A model generated the notes under the pieces. It ran no database searches. It was not told the DNA's origin and saw nothing but the letters and a program-made list of their open reading frames with translations. Of a stretch of DNA of 64,000 nt, positions 10,164 to 20,000 are shown one piece after another. A program made the position numbers and the translations under genes. The stretch spans positions 1 to 64,000 of the forward strand of contig OZ244902.1 of NCBI GenBank assembly GCA_965221635.1, read 5' to 3'. The stretch comes from Candidatus Aldehydirespiratoraceae bacterium. Its GTDB lineage: Bacteria > Actinomycetota > Acidimicrobiia > Acidimicrobiales > Aldehydirespiratoraceae. Every line of letters starts with the position of its first letter. The first letter of the stretch is position 1.

Positions 10164-10691
10164 TTATTCCAACTCGATGTCGAGGCGCGTCACCAGGGCC
10201 ACGCCACTGTCGACACGCACGATGATCACCCGATCGCCTTCCCTGAGCTCCTCGTCGCCGTCGGTGAGTTGTGCCGTCATCTGGGTGCGCGACCCCGCCA
10301 CGTCGAGCACGATCCGGCCACGTCGTTCGGTGGACACCGGCAACGACACCATGGCGATGGAACCCTCAAGCTCGCGGTCGGTGACCTCGCTGGACACCTC
10401 GTTGTTGCGCAGCCACGCGAAAGCGGCGCTGTTGAGCAGCCCCGCCGCGCCCCCCAGAGCCAGCGCCAGGAACAGGGATCCGAACGCCCCGGCGCCAAGG
10501 AACTGGGTGACCAGTCCGGCCATGCCGAAGAACGCCATGAAGAACGCCACCGTGCTCAGCGGTATCAGCGAGAACACGCCACCGTCGGCGTCCGCGTCGG
10601 CGCCTGCGCCATCGGCGTCGCCCCCGCTGAAGGCGAACCACACCACCAGCGGCGCGCCTATCGCCAAGCAGATGATGTACAGCGCCGTCAT
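10164..10691 (-). CDS. NfeD-family membrane protein (YqiJ-like)
   Basis: N-terminal TM helices followed by a C-terminal beta-rich OB-like domain. It is adjacent to, and co-oriented with, the flotillin gene. Confidence 0.7.
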   Translation of the reverse strand: MTALYIICLAIGAPLVVWFAFSGGDADGAGADADADGGVFSLIPLSTVAFFMAFFGMAGLVTQFLGAGAFGSLFLALALGGAAGLLNSAAFAWLRNNEVSSEVTDRELEGSIAMVSLPVSTERRGRIVLDVAGSRTQMTAQLTDGDEELREGDRVIIVRVDSGVALVTRLDIELE

Positions 10692-11101
10692 GACCGCAGC
10701 ACCGGCTCAGCGTCAACCGGCTTTGTCATGGGTTCAAAGGTAGTGTCGCCACGCCCCGGAACGGCAGCCTGCCGCGTCCGTCAACCCCTCGCAGCCCTCC
10801 CTTGCCGGGCGCGGTGAGCGCCCCCTGAGAAAATTCTCCTGGACATTGATTGTCGTATGTGCTGCAATAACAGCGCGGGGAATTGCACCGGTTCGTCGCA
10901 GCTTGCTCACCACCCACGGTGCGAGAAAATCCATGGGAGGGTCCTTGCGCAGAGTCCGACAGGCTGTCCTGGAGGTACGCCTCGCGGTGTGCGACCGTAG
11001 GGTTTACCTCGACGCTGGTGCGCGTATCGGCCGCCGACGTCGCCAACGGCCAAGGCTGCGACCTGGTCAAGTCCTTCCCCCGAGCCCTCAAGGAGACCAC
11101 C

Positions 11102-12064
11102 ATGAGCTTCAGTGACGCCTTCTACGCCGTGCGAGACGACGTTCGCAACTGGGGGCGATGGGGTGACGACGACCGGCTCGGCACCCTAAATCTGATCACC
11201 GATTCGGCGGTGGCGCATGCCGCGTCGCTGGTGAAATCCGGGCGGCGAGTGTCCTGCGCGCTCGACCTGAAACACACCGGTGGCGTGCAGGTGGGTCAGA
11301 TGCACGGGCGGATCAACCCGCTGCTGACGATGGTGAAGATCAACAGCCCCGACCTCGGCGACCTCGACGGCGACGGCCTGGTGCCGCACTTCTCCGACGA
11401 CATCGTGGTGATGGCCCTGCAGGCAGCCACCCATTGGGACGGCTTGTCGCACGTGAGCTACGACAACACCCTCTACAACGGTGTGTCGGTGGGCACGATC
11501 AATCCCACCGACGGGGCCACCGTGCTGGGCATCGAGAACGTTCGCCATCTCACCGGCCGCGGGGTGCTGTTGGATCTGTGCGCGGCCAAGGGCGTGGACC
11601 GACTTCCGAGCGGCCACGAGGTGACCTGCGACGACCTCGACGAAGCGGCCGAGCACTGCCGGGTGGAGGTGCGCTCGGGTGACATCGTGTTGCTGCGCAC
11701 CGGAAGAATGCAGGTGTTTCGCGAGATGGGCGCGGGCGCCTACGTGGGCGGACCAGACGGTGACGGCACCAGCCCCGGGCCGGGCCTTGAAGCGGTTCGC
11801 TGGTTCCACCGCAACAACGTGGCCGCCATGGCCAACGACACCTACATCTACGAGGTGTTCCCCGGGCCCACCTGGGAGGACGCCTTGGCGGTTCACTGCA
11901 TCAACGTGGTGGACATGGGCTTCACCCAGGGCCAGAACTGGGATCTCGAAGAGCTTGCCGAGGCGTGCGCCGACGCGGGTCGCTACGAGTTTCTGCTTGA
12001 GGCAAATCCGGAGCCGTTCGTGGGTGGCTGCGGGTCGCCGGTGAATCCCGTGGCGGTCCTGTAG
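11102..12064 (+). CDS. Cyclase family protein (kynurenine formamidase-like)
   Basis: Cyclase-family motifs. The start is reassigned to the ATG at 11102, which is preceded by AAGGAGA. The upstream ORF-track start at 10883 is rejected. Confidence 0.78.
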   Translation: MSFSDAFYAVRDDVRNWGRWGDDDRLGTLNLITDSAVAHAASLVKSGRRVSCALDLKHTGGVQVGQMHGRINPLLTMVKINSPDLGDLDGDGLVPHFSDDIVVMALQAATHWDGLSHVSYDNTLYNGVSVGTINPTDGATVLGIENVRHLTGRGVLLDLCAAKGVDRLPSGHEVTCDDLDEAAEHCRVEVRSGDIVLLRTGRMQVFREMGAGAYVGGPDGDGTSPGPGLEAVRWFHRNNVAAMANDTYIYEVFPGPTWEDALAVHCINVVDMGFTQGQNWDLEELAEACADAGRYEFLLEANPEPFVGGCGSPVNPVAVL

Positions 12065-12147
12065 GACACCCACGCTGCGGACGCCCCGCAGGCGCCAGCC
12101 ACGCACCCGGAAGCGTCAACCGCACACCCGAAGCGTCAACTGCAAAC

Positions 12148-13185
12148 ATGGGTGACATGACCCACAACAACGCGCCCGAGGTGGTGGTGGTGGGCAGCGC
12201 CAACCTCGACCTGGTGGTGGAGGTGGAGACGATCCCCACCCCCGGTGAGACCGTGATGGGCGGCGACCTGCGCCGCGTGACCGGCGGCAAGGGCGCCAAC
12301 CAGGCCGTGGCCGCGGCCCGCCTGGGTCGGCGGGTGGCGATGATCGGTCGGGTCGGCGACGACGACGCAGGCGGCGCGCTGGTGGAGGCCCTCGCACAAG
12401 CCGGGGTTCACACCTCGGGCGTGACCGTCACCCCGGGGGTGCCCAGTGGGGTGGCGCTCATTGCTGTGGGCGCCGACGGGGACAACGCCATCGTGGTGAG
12501 CCCCGGCGCCAACGCCCGCCTCGGCGCCGCCGACGTGGCACGCCACGCGGACATGCTGCGCAGCGCCGCGGTGGTGTTGTTGCAGCTCGAGGTGCCCATC
12601 GAGGCGGTGACCGCCGCGGCCCGCCTCGCCGGGGGCGTGGTGGTGCTCAATCCCGCCCCGGCGCCTGCTGCGCCGCTTCCCGCTGAGCTTCTTGACCGTG
12701 TGGACGTGATCGTTCCGAACCAAACCGAACTCGCCACCCTCGCAGCCGGTTTGACTTCGACTTCGTCCACAACCGGGGCGGCCGACGGCGCCGTTGCTCG
12801 CACAACAGCACCCGGGGAATCCCCGCCGGCCGCCCCGAGTGTGGACGAGACGGTGGCTGCGGGCCTTGCACGCCTTCTGCCCACACGCAGGGTGGTGGTG
12901 ACCTTGGGCGAAAAAGGAGCGCTGGTGGCAGCAGGTGGCGACACCACGCTGGTGCCCGCGCCGAAGGTTCAACCCGTGGACACCACCGCCGCAGGGGACG
13001 CGTTTTGCGGGGCCCTCGCGGACGCGCTCGTCGCCGGTGACGACCTGGTGGCCGCCGCCGGGTGGGCTGTGCAGGTTGGCGCGGCCACGACCCTGCGCCA
13101 CGGGGCGCAACCATCGCTTCCCACCCGAGCCGAGATGGAGCAGATGAAAGGCGACGACCACCGCTTCGCGGGCCCCCGGCAGTGA
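12148..13185 (+). CDS. rbsK: Ribokinase
   Basis: N-terminal VVVGSANLDLVV...GGKGANQAVAAARLG and C-terminal PfkB motif DTTAAGDAFCGALA. Confidence 0.85.
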   Translation: MGDMTHNNAPEVVVVGSANLDLVVEVETIPTPGETVMGGDLRRVTGGKGANQAVAAARLGRRVAMIGRVGDDDAGGALVEALAQAGVHTSGVTVTPGVPSGVALIAVGADGDNAIVVSPGANARLGAADVARHADMLRSAAVVLLQLEVPIEAVTAAARLAGGVVVLNPAPAPAAPLPAELLDRVDVIVPNQTELATLAAGLTSTSSTTGAADGAVARTTAPGESPPAAPSVDETVAAGLARLLPTRRVVVTLGEKGALVAAGGDTTLVPAPKVQPVDTTAAGDAFCGALADALVAGDDLVAAAGWAVQVGAATTLRHGAQPSLPTRAEMEQMKGDDHRFAGPRQ

Positions 13186-13259
13186 CAACCGGCCACGGCG
13201 GGGTGATGAGCAAACGACCACTCTCGGGGTGTCGGTGCGTTTGAACAGCAACAACCCGG

Positions 13260-14240
13260 GTGCGGCACACGCCTAGCCTGCGCACCATGACCGCACCAAC
13301 GAGCCACGGCGAGTCTCGCCGACCCAAGATCGTGCTGGATTGTGATCCAGGGCTGGACGACGCCATCGCCATCATCACCGCGGCCCACTACTGCGACCTT
13401 GTGGGCATCACCACCGTGAACGGCAACGTGGGCATCGACCACACCACCCACAACGCCCTGATCATCACCCAGATCGCCGACATCGACGTTGACGTTCACC
13501 GGGGCGCGGCCCGGCCCCTGATCTCTCCCACCATGGACGCGGCGCGCATTCACGGCGCCACCGGCCTCGGCGAGGTGCAACTCCCCCCACTCGAACGCAC
13601 CCTGGCGTCACACGACGCGGTGGAGTTTCTGTGCGACACCGCCCGAAGCATGGACGGTTTGCACCTGGTGGCCGTGGGGCCGTTGACCAACGTGGCCCTG
13701 GCGCTGCGCCGCGACCCCGACCTGCCCAGCCACCTCGACGGCATCACGATCATGGGCGGAGGCGCGCACACCGGCAACGTGACCGCTGCGGCAGAGTTCA
13801 ACGTGTGGGCCGACCCCGAGGCCGCCGCCATCGCGTTCAGAGAGGCCGCGCCCATTTCCATGGTGGGCCTCGACGTGACCAACCAGGTGCTCTTCGGCCT
13901 GCCCGAGGTGAAACGCATGGCCTCGGCCGACACGCCGGTGTCGCGCTTGGCCGCGGAGTTGTTGAGCTACGCGTACGCGCGCTGCACCGAATGGGGTTTA
14001 ACCGCCGCGCCGGTACACGACGCAACCGCGATCATCTCGGTGACCCACCCGGAACTGTTCTCAAGGTCGCTGCATCCCGTGGCGGTGGAACTGAACGGCG
14101 AACACACCCGTGGAATGACCGTCACCGACACCCGTCCCCTCGTTGGCGACGAACCCCGGCCACCGCTCAGCGAGGTTGTGTGGACCGCCGATGCCGCCGC
14201 GGTCATGGACCTGGTAATCGAAGCGGTCACGTCCGTGTGA
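13260..14240 (+). CDS. Nucleoside hydrolase (IUNH family)
   Basis: The motif KIVLDCDPGLDDAIAI (DxDxxxDD) is the calcium-binding signature of this family. An alternative ATG lies at 13284. Confidence 0.85.
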   Translation: MRHTPSLRTMTAPTSHGESRRPKIVLDCDPGLDDAIAIITAAHYCDLVGITTVNGNVGIDHTTHNALIITQIADIDVDVHRGAARPLISPTMDAARIHGATGLGEVQLPPLERTLASHDAVEFLCDTARSMDGLHLVAVGPLTNVALALRRDPDLPSHLDGITIMGGGAHTGNVTAAAEFNVWADPEAAAIAFREAAPISMVGLDVTNQVLFGLPEVKRMASADTPVSRLAAELLSYAYARCTEWGLTAAPVHDATAIISVTHPELFSRSLHPVAVELNGEHTRGMTVTDTRPLVGDEPRPPLSEVVWTADAAAVMDLVIEAVTSV

Positions 14241-14320
14241 TGCCCGCGCCCTGCGGCGCCGGCACTCAGCGTCACGGTTCACAAGGCTCAAGCGTCACCC
14301 ACGCCGGCACGGGCGACCGG

Positions 14321-14803
14321 TCACCTCGGCATGTGAACTCGGGCCATCCAGTGCCCGTCCAGTTCGATCACGCACAGCCGCTCACACGCGTCCAAAAGCC
14401 AGTCAACCACCGCGGCGTGAGGGGTCGACGGGTGGGGCTGGGCCACTATCCCCGTCTTGGCGTGGTCCTGCACCTTGCGCCAACCCTCGGGCAGGCCCAC
14501 ACCAGCCGAAGCCAGGCGCTGCAGCGCCTTGGGCCCGGTGCCGTGCTCCAAACCCACCACCGCAGGCGTCGGCCTGCGCCCCGACCTGGGCGGAGTCCAG
14601 GTGCCCATGGGAACCGCAGGCCCCCGGCCCGAGAACCATCGACCAAGCGCCGTGGGCGCCGGCAACGCCGCGAGTTGGTCTTCGCGCAGCGCCGGGCCGA
14701 TGTTCACCCAACCCAAACCCTCGCCCGTTTGCGACAGGCGTTGCATCGCGGCCACAACTTCGGTGGTGTCGCTGCGGGCAAAAGTGAACTCCGAGACCTC
14801 CAC
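14321..14803 (-). CDS. Hypothetical protein
   Basis: 160 aa ORF with balanced composition and no recognisable domain. It stands alone between the nucleoside hydrolase and SDR genes. Confidence 0.4.
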   Translation of the reverse strand: MEVSEFTFARSDTTEVVAAMQRLSQTGEGLGWVNIGPALREDQLAALPAPTALGRWFSGRGPAVPMGTWTPPRSGRRPTPAVVGLEHGTGPKALQRLASAGVGLPEGWRKVQDHAKTGIVAQPHPSTPHAAVVDWLLDACERLCVIELDGHWMARVHMPR

Positions 14804-15056
14804 GGTGGCCGACGGTAGCGCCCGACCGGGGCACAGGACGCGGCTAGATTCGGGGTTGGTGGAACCAAAACGCGGAAACCCCCTCCGCGCTCACCGGGAT
14901 GCGCATGCCTGGGCGTGTGACGCAGGTGATGTCGCCATGACGCGACGGGCGTGCGGTGCAATGCCGTTCACGGGCAGTTCAACGCTCTGCCAACGATGAT
15001 CCTGCGCCACCGAAGACGATCTGTGACCGCGGCCATTACACGATGAACGGCACGCC

Positions 15057-15827
15057 GTGAGCAAACGACTCGAGGGACGGATCGCGCTGGTCACCGGTGC
15101 GGCGCGCGGCATGGGCGCGGCAACGGCCCGCCTGTTCGCGTCGGAGGGCGCCACGGTGATCCTCGGAGACGTGCTTCGCGAGGAGTTGCACCACACGGCG
15201 AACGAGATCGGCGACTCGGCCAAGGCTTGCCACCTCGACGTGTCGGCCCAGCACGACTGGCTCGAAGCCGCCGAGATCGCCGACACGCTCGGCGGACTCG
15301 ACATATTGGTGAACAACGCCGGACTGTTGCGAATCCGACCCATCGAACACGAAACGCTCGACGGGTTCCGCGAGATGCTGGACGTGAACCTGCTGGGCGC
15401 GTTCCTTGGCATGCAAACAGCGTTGCCGTTGATGCAGCGCCGCGGCGCGGGATCGATAGTGAACATCGCCTCGGTGTCCGCGCTCACCGGTCACGCCTAC
15501 CAAGGCGCTTACGGCGCTTCGAAGTGGGCGCTGCGAGGACTGTCGCGCAGCGCCGCGGTGGAATGGGGCCACCACAACATCAGGGTGAACTGCATCTGCC
15601 CCGGCGCGGTGAACACTCCGATGCTGCCCCCGGCGAAATCCTCGGCGGCGGGCGCCAACCGGTTCGCGCACCTTCCCCTGGGCCGGGCAGGGGAACCCAC
15701 CGAGATAGCAGAGCTGGCCGTGTTCCTGGCGTCGGATGCCGGCGCATGGGTGACCGGTGCAGAATTCACCATCGACGGCGGATCGATGGCCGGACCCCCA
15801 CCCCGATACGAATGGAGAGCCCAATGA
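15057..15827 (+). CDS. SDR family oxidoreductase
   Basis: Motifs TGAARGMGAA, NNAG and YGASKWA. Confidence 0.85.
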   Translation: MSKRLEGRIALVTGAARGMGAATARLFASEGATVILGDVLREELHHTANEIGDSAKACHLDVSAQHDWLEAAEIADTLGGLDILVNNAGLLRIRPIEHETLDGFREMLDVNLLGAFLGMQTALPLMQRRGAGSIVNIASVSALTGHAYQGAYGASKWALRGLSRSAAVEWGHHNIRVNCICPGAVNTPMLPPAKSSAAGANRFAHLPLGRAGEPTEIAELAVFLASDAGAWVTGAEFTIDGGSMAGPPPRYEWRAQ

Positions 15828-16936
15828 CAGCCCCAGTGGCAACCCTCACCCCACCCGCATCGGTGGCCGAAATCGACGGAGGCTGGCTCACCGCGGCCCT
15901 CCAACAAGCAGGCACCCTGCCCGAGGGCTCGTCGGTGGAAGTGGCCGCGGCCACCGCGCTCGGTGACGGGTCGGGTTGGATGTGCGAGGTCGCCCGGCTC
16001 GACCTTGAAATCACAGGCGACCGTGGATCGTTGCCGCAACAGGTGGTGGTGAAGATCCCCGTGGCCGACGAGAACGTGCGAGCCATGCTCGCCCCGGCAC
16101 GCCTCTACGAGCGTGAGGGCAGATTCTTCGAGCACGCAGCCGCAGAACTCGGCCACAGCGTGCCGCGGCCTTACCTGGTGATCGAGGATCCCGACAAGGG
16201 CGATCACTGTTTGATCATCGAATGGTTCGAGGGCGGCAGCTTCGGCGACCAGCGTGCCGGTTGCAGCGCCGCGCAGGCCGAGTCCGCCCTGGGTTGCATG
16301 GCCCGAATGCACGCCAGGTTCTGGGACTCGCCGGAACTCGACAGCTTCGACTGGCTGCCTCCCATCAACTTTGAGGGCAACACGATGGGGCCCGACCTGT
16401 ACCGAATGTCTGTGGACGGGTTCACCGACAAGTTCGGACACCTCCTTGATCCCGCCAACGAGGTGATCACCAACACTCTGCCCGACCACGGGCTGCGCCT
16501 GCTCGACGAGCTGGCCGAGCCTCCCCACACGCTCATCCATTTCGACTTCCGCCTCGACAACCTGTTCTTCGGTGACTCGGGGTCGGCTACCGCGGTGCAG
16601 ATGATCGACTTCCAAACCGTGAGCCGGGCCAATCCCGGCTACGACCTCGGCTACTTCCTCACCCAAAGCCTCGAACCCGACGTTCGTCGCCGCCACGAGG
16701 ACGAGTTGCTCGCCGCGTACCTCAACGAGCTGGCCGCCGCAGGGGTGAGCGGCTACAGCATGGAACAAGCCCGCCGGCATTATCGATGCGGCGCGCTGTA
16801 CGCCTGGATCACGCCGGTGTTCGTGATGGCCAACCTGGACATGTCCAACCCTCGCGCCACCGAGATGTGGAGCGCAGTCACACGCCGCTGCCAGGCTGCA
16901 CAGGTTGATCTGAGCCTGGCAGAGTTGATTTCCTGA
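15824..16936 (+). CDS. Phosphotransferase family protein (APH/EcKinase-like)
   Basis: Brenner and DFG-like motifs HTLIHFDFRLDNLFF and IDFQT. ATG at 15824 overlaps the SDR stop by 4 bp (ATGA). The upstream ORF-track start at 15227 is rejected. Confidence 0.8.
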   Translation: MTAPVATLTPPASVAEIDGGWLTAALQQAGTLPEGSSVEVAAATALGDGSGWMCEVARLDLEITGDRGSLPQQVVVKIPVADENVRAMLAPARLYEREGRFFEHAAAELGHSVPRPYLVIEDPDKGDHCLIIEWFEGGSFGDQRAGCSAAQAESALGCMARMHARFWDSPELDSFDWLPPINFEGNTMGPDLYRMSVDGFTDKFGHLLDPANEVITNTLPDHGLRLLDELAEPPHTLIHFDFRLDNLFFGDSGSATAVQMIDFQTVSRANPGYDLGYFLTQSLEPDVRRRHEDELLAAYLNELAAAGVSGYSMEQARRHYRCGALYAWITPVFVMANLDMSNPRATEMWSAVTRRCQAAQVDLSLAELIS

Positions 16937-16954
16937 GCCACCGGGAACCCAGGC

Positions 16955-17050
16955 ACCGGGCCCAGTCAGGGAACACAGACACCGGGCCCAGTCAGGGAAC
17001 ACAGCCACCGGGCCCAGTCAGGGAACACAGCCACCGGGCCCAGTCACCGG
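16955..17050. repeat. Intergenic tandem repeat: 26-bp unit accgggcccagtcagggaacacagcc, about 3.7 copies
   Basis: Read directly in the sequence between the phosphotransferase stop and the next SDR start. Confidence 0.8.
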
Positions 17051-17115
17051 GTGCAGTCACCGGCCACACAGTCAATGAGTACACAACCATCGGGCACACA
17101 GATTGGAGAGTTCTG

Positions 17116-17877
17116 ATGTACAGCGAATTCGCAAACAAGGTCGTGGTGGTGACCGGCGCCACCAAAGGCCTGGGGCGTGCCATCGCGGACGGTTTCGCCG
17201 GCTGGGGCGCGCAGGTGGTGATCACCTCAAGGTCACAATCGGACTGCGACGCCGTGGCCGACGAGATCGCCGAGGCCCATTCGGCGCCCCGTCCGCTGGC
17301 CGTGAAGTGCGACATGAGCAACGATGCCGACGTGCTCGCCCTCACCGAGCGGGTTCACGGCGACCTGGGCGCGGTATCGGTGCTGGTGAACAACGCCGGT
17401 TACAACCCGGGGCCCGACTTCGAGCCGCTCAAGTTCGACACGTACCGCCAGGTGTTCGACACCAACGTGTGGGGGCCGGTGCGACTCAGCGAACTGGTGA
17501 TCCCCAAGATGGCGGAGTCCGGTGGCGGCAGCATCGTGAACATCACCACCGTCGGCGCCTACCGGGGGGCGTTTCCGGTGTCGGTGTACGGCGCCAGCAA
17601 GGCCGCCCTGTTGAACTACACCCAGTCGCTGGCGATGCAACACGCCGCGGCCAACGTTCGGGTGAACGCCGTGAGCCCCGGCCCGTTCCGCACGCCGATG
17701 ATGGACTCCCTGGCCGAGGCCATTCCCGGGTTCTACGACTTCGCCGCGCAGGAGAACCTGATGAAACGGGTGGGCGAACCTCCCGAACTTGTGGGCGCGG
17801 TGCTGTACCTGGCCTCGAGCCACGCCGCTTACGTCACCGGCGAGGACCACGTGGTGGGCGGAGGCTTCTTCCGCTGA
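17116..17877 (+). CDS. SDR family oxidoreductase
   Basis: Motifs VVTGATKGLGRA and YGASKAA. Confidence 0.85.
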   Translation: MYSEFANKVVVVTGATKGLGRAIADGFAGWGAQVVITSRSQSDCDAVADEIAEAHSAPRPLAVKCDMSNDADVLALTERVHGDLGAVSVLVNNAGYNPGPDFEPLKFDTYRQVFDTNVWGPVRLSELVIPKMAESGGGSIVNITTVGAYRGAFPVSVYGASKAALLNYTQSLAMQHAAANVRVNAVSPGPFRTPMMDSLAEAIPGFYDFAAQENLMKRVGEPPELVGAVLYLASSHAAYVTGEDHVVGGGFFR

Positions 17878-18055
17878 CAACCGCTCGGCGGCGCCCCCCG
17901 ACGCGCCGTCGCCACAACACCCCAGCGGCGTGTGTCACCGGCTGCGCCAACCCCGAACCGCCAACCTGGGCCGCCTGAGGCCACCTCGGTGGCGGCCTCG
18001 CCTTGCGCGGTACTGTGACCTTCGTGGACGCCCACCCCCCACAGGAGCCCCTGCG

Positions 18056-19351
18056 GTGACCAGCCGACCGATGGGGTTTCGCACCCGGGCGCTGCACTCC
18101 GGGGCCATGCCCGACCCCACCACAGGGGCGCGGGCAACGCCGATCTACCAGTCCACCAGCTTCGTTTTCGAGGACGCGGCCGATGCGGCCGACCTGTTCG
18201 CGCTGCAGAAGTACGGCACGATCTACACCCGCATCTCCAACCCCACCAACGCCGTGTTCGAGGAGCGCATGGCCAGCCTCGAAGGCGCTATCGGAGCGGT
18301 GGCCACCTCAAGCGGACAGGCAGCGGAGTTCCTTGCGGTGACCGCGCTGGCCGGTGCGGGCGATCACATCGTGTCCGCGGCGGGGCTCTACGGCGGCACC
18401 TACACACAGTTCGACGTGACCTTGCGACGCCTCGGGATCGACACCACCTTCGTGGACGGCAGCAACCCGAACGCCTTCGCCGCGGCGGTTCAACCCAACA
18501 CGAAGCTGCTGTACACCGAGATCATCTCCAACCCCTCAGGCGGCATAGCCGACCTTGTGACCCTCGGCGATGTGGCCCAGGCTCACGGGCTGCCGCTGGT
18601 GGTGGATTCCACGTTCGCCACGCCGTACTTGTGCCGGCCCATCGAGCACGGCGCCGACATCGTGTTGCACTCGGCCACCAAGTTCATCGGTGGTCACGGC
18701 ACGTCCATCGGCGGGGTGATCGCCGAAGCGGGCCGGTTCAGGTGGGATTCGGGACGGTTTCCGCATCTCACCGACCCGATAGCCAGCTACAACGGGCTGC
18801 GCTGGTGGGACAACTTCGGCGAGTACGCCTACTGCACCAAGGTTCGCGCCGAGCAGCTTCGTGACGTGGGCGCCTGCCTGTCGCCGTTCAACGCGTTCTT
18901 GTTGTTGCAAGGCCTCGAAACGCTGCCGTTGCGAATGGAGGCCCACACCGACAACGCCCGCGAGGTGGCACACCGGCTCAACGACGACCCGCGGGTGAGC
19001 TGGGTGCTGTGGGCCGGTCTCGAGTCGCATCCCGATCACGAACTGGCCAGGCGTTACCTTCCCAAGGGGCCAGGGGCGATCTTCACTTTCGGGGTGCGCG
19101 GAGGGAGGGCCGCCGGGGCGAGGTTCATCGAAGCCCTGGAGCTTGTGTCGCACCTTGCAAACGTGGGCGACGCCAAGACGCTGGTGATCCACCCCGCGTC
19201 CACCACCCATCAACAGCTCTCCGACACCGAACTGGAAGCGGCCGGCGTTTCGGCGGACATGGTGCGCATCTCGGTGGGACTCGAAGACCTGGACGACATC
19301 TGGTGGGATCTTGATCAGGCCTTGACGGCGGCCACCTCCGACGGTGAGTGA
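18056..19351 (+). CDS. metY: O-acetylhomoserine aminocarboxypropyltransferase (sulfhydrylase)
   Basis: N-terminal [10 protein letters not shown]...TPIYQSTSF of the PLP Cys/Met-metabolism family, with the lysine motif [13 protein letters not shown] at 18056 is preceded by AGGAG, and an alternative ATG lies at 18071. The upstream ORF-track start at 17789 overlaps the SDR gene and is rejected. Confidence 0.9.
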   Translation: MTSRPMGFRTRALHSGAMPDPTTGARATPIYQSTSFVFEDAADAADLFALQKYGTIYTRISNPTNAVFEERMASLEGAIGAVATSSGQAAEFLAVTALAGAGDHIVSAAGLYGGTYTQFDVTLRRLGIDTTFVDGSNPNAFAAAVQPNTKLLYTEIISNPSGGIADLVTLGDVAQAHGLPLVVDSTFATPYLCRPIEHGADIVLHSATKFIGGHGTSIGGVIAEAGRFRWDSGRFPHLTDPIASYNGLRWWDNFGEYAYCTKVRAEQLRDVGACLSPFNAFLLLQGLETLPLRMEAHTDNAREVAHRLNDDPRVSWVLWAGLESHPDHELARRYLPKGPGAIFTFGVRGGRAAGARFIEALELVSHLANVGDAKTLVIHPASTTHQQLSDTELEAAGVSADMVRISVGLEDLDDIWWDLDQALTAATSDGE

Positions 19352-19863
19352 GGTTCGGGGTGGCGGCCATGGGTGAGCGGATAGACGGGTGGACTCCCCC
19401 GTCTGCTGAGCAGCGCCGCCGGATCATCAACCGATCACGCACCGTGGCGGTGGTGGGGGCGTCCTCCAACCCGGCTCGGGCCGCGAACTTCGTTCTCACC
19501 TACCTGCTGTCTTCGTCCACGGATTTCGACGTGTACCCGGTGAACCCGCGAGAAACCGAAATCCTGGGCTGTCGGGTGTGGCCTTCGCTTGCGGATCTGG
19601 AGGTGACCCCCGACATCGTGTGCGTGTTCCGCCGTTCTGACCTGTTGCCGGAGGTTGCCTCCGAGGCGGTCGCGGCGGGCGCCGGCACTTTCTGGGCGCA
19701 GCTCGGCCTTTGGAGCGAACCGGCGGCTCGGCGGTGCATCGACGCCGGTGTGGACGTGGTGATGGACCGGTGCCTCAAGATCGAACACGCCCGCTTCGCG
19801 GGTGGACTGCACCTCGCCGGGTTCGACACCGGAACGATCAGCTCGCGTCGCCGACCTCGCTGA
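19348..19863 (+). CDS. CoA-binding domain protein (YccU-like)
   Basis: The motif VAVVGASSNP...PVNP is typical of this family. It overlaps the metY stop by 4 bp, a conserved metY–CoA-binding gene pairing. Confidence 0.75.
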   Translation: MRFGVAAMGERIDGWTPPSAEQRRRIINRSRTVAVVGASSNPARAANFVLTYLLSSSTDFDVYPVNPRETEILGCRVWPSLADLEVTPDIVCVFRRSDLLPEVASEAVAAGAGTFWAQLGLWSEPAARRCIDAGVDVVMDRCLKIEHARFAGGLHLAGFDTGTISSRRRPR

Positions 19864-19889
19864 CACCACCGCCGGCACCCCGCCGGGCC

Positions 19890-20000
19890 GCTCAGGTGAC
19901 CGGCCCAATCAGGTGACCGGCCCGATCAGTTGGGGTCCACTCAGGTGGCCGTCCCAATCAGGGGACCGGCCAATTCAGCCAGGAGTCAACTCAGGTGAGG
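19890..20000. repeat. Degenerate 17-bp tandem repeat (tcaggtgaccggcccaa-like), about 7 copies
   Basis: Read in the convergent intergenic region between the CoA-binding gene and map. Confidence 0.7.

Noticed and set aside
8756-10691. Flotillin/NfeD pair as a novel system
   Set aside because: It is the well-known YqiK/YqiJ-type SPFH–NfeD operon and is reported as a feature only.
12136-13254. 372-aa minus-strand ORF
   Set aside because: Antisense to ribokinase and H/G/R-rich. The plus-strand gene carries clear PfkB motifs.
13631-14818. 395-aa plus-strand ORF
   Set aside because: It overlaps the nucleoside hydrolase out of frame and has R/G/P-rich composition.
15509-17008. 499-aa minus-strand ORF
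   Set aside because: Antisense to the phosphotransferase gene, which has kinase motifs. Spurious.
16955-17050. CRISPR array hypothesis for the tandem-repeat loci
   Set aside because: In all eight arrays the repeat units are contiguous, or degenerate, with no unique spacers of 25–40 bp. Units are 12–26 bp and no cas genes are present.
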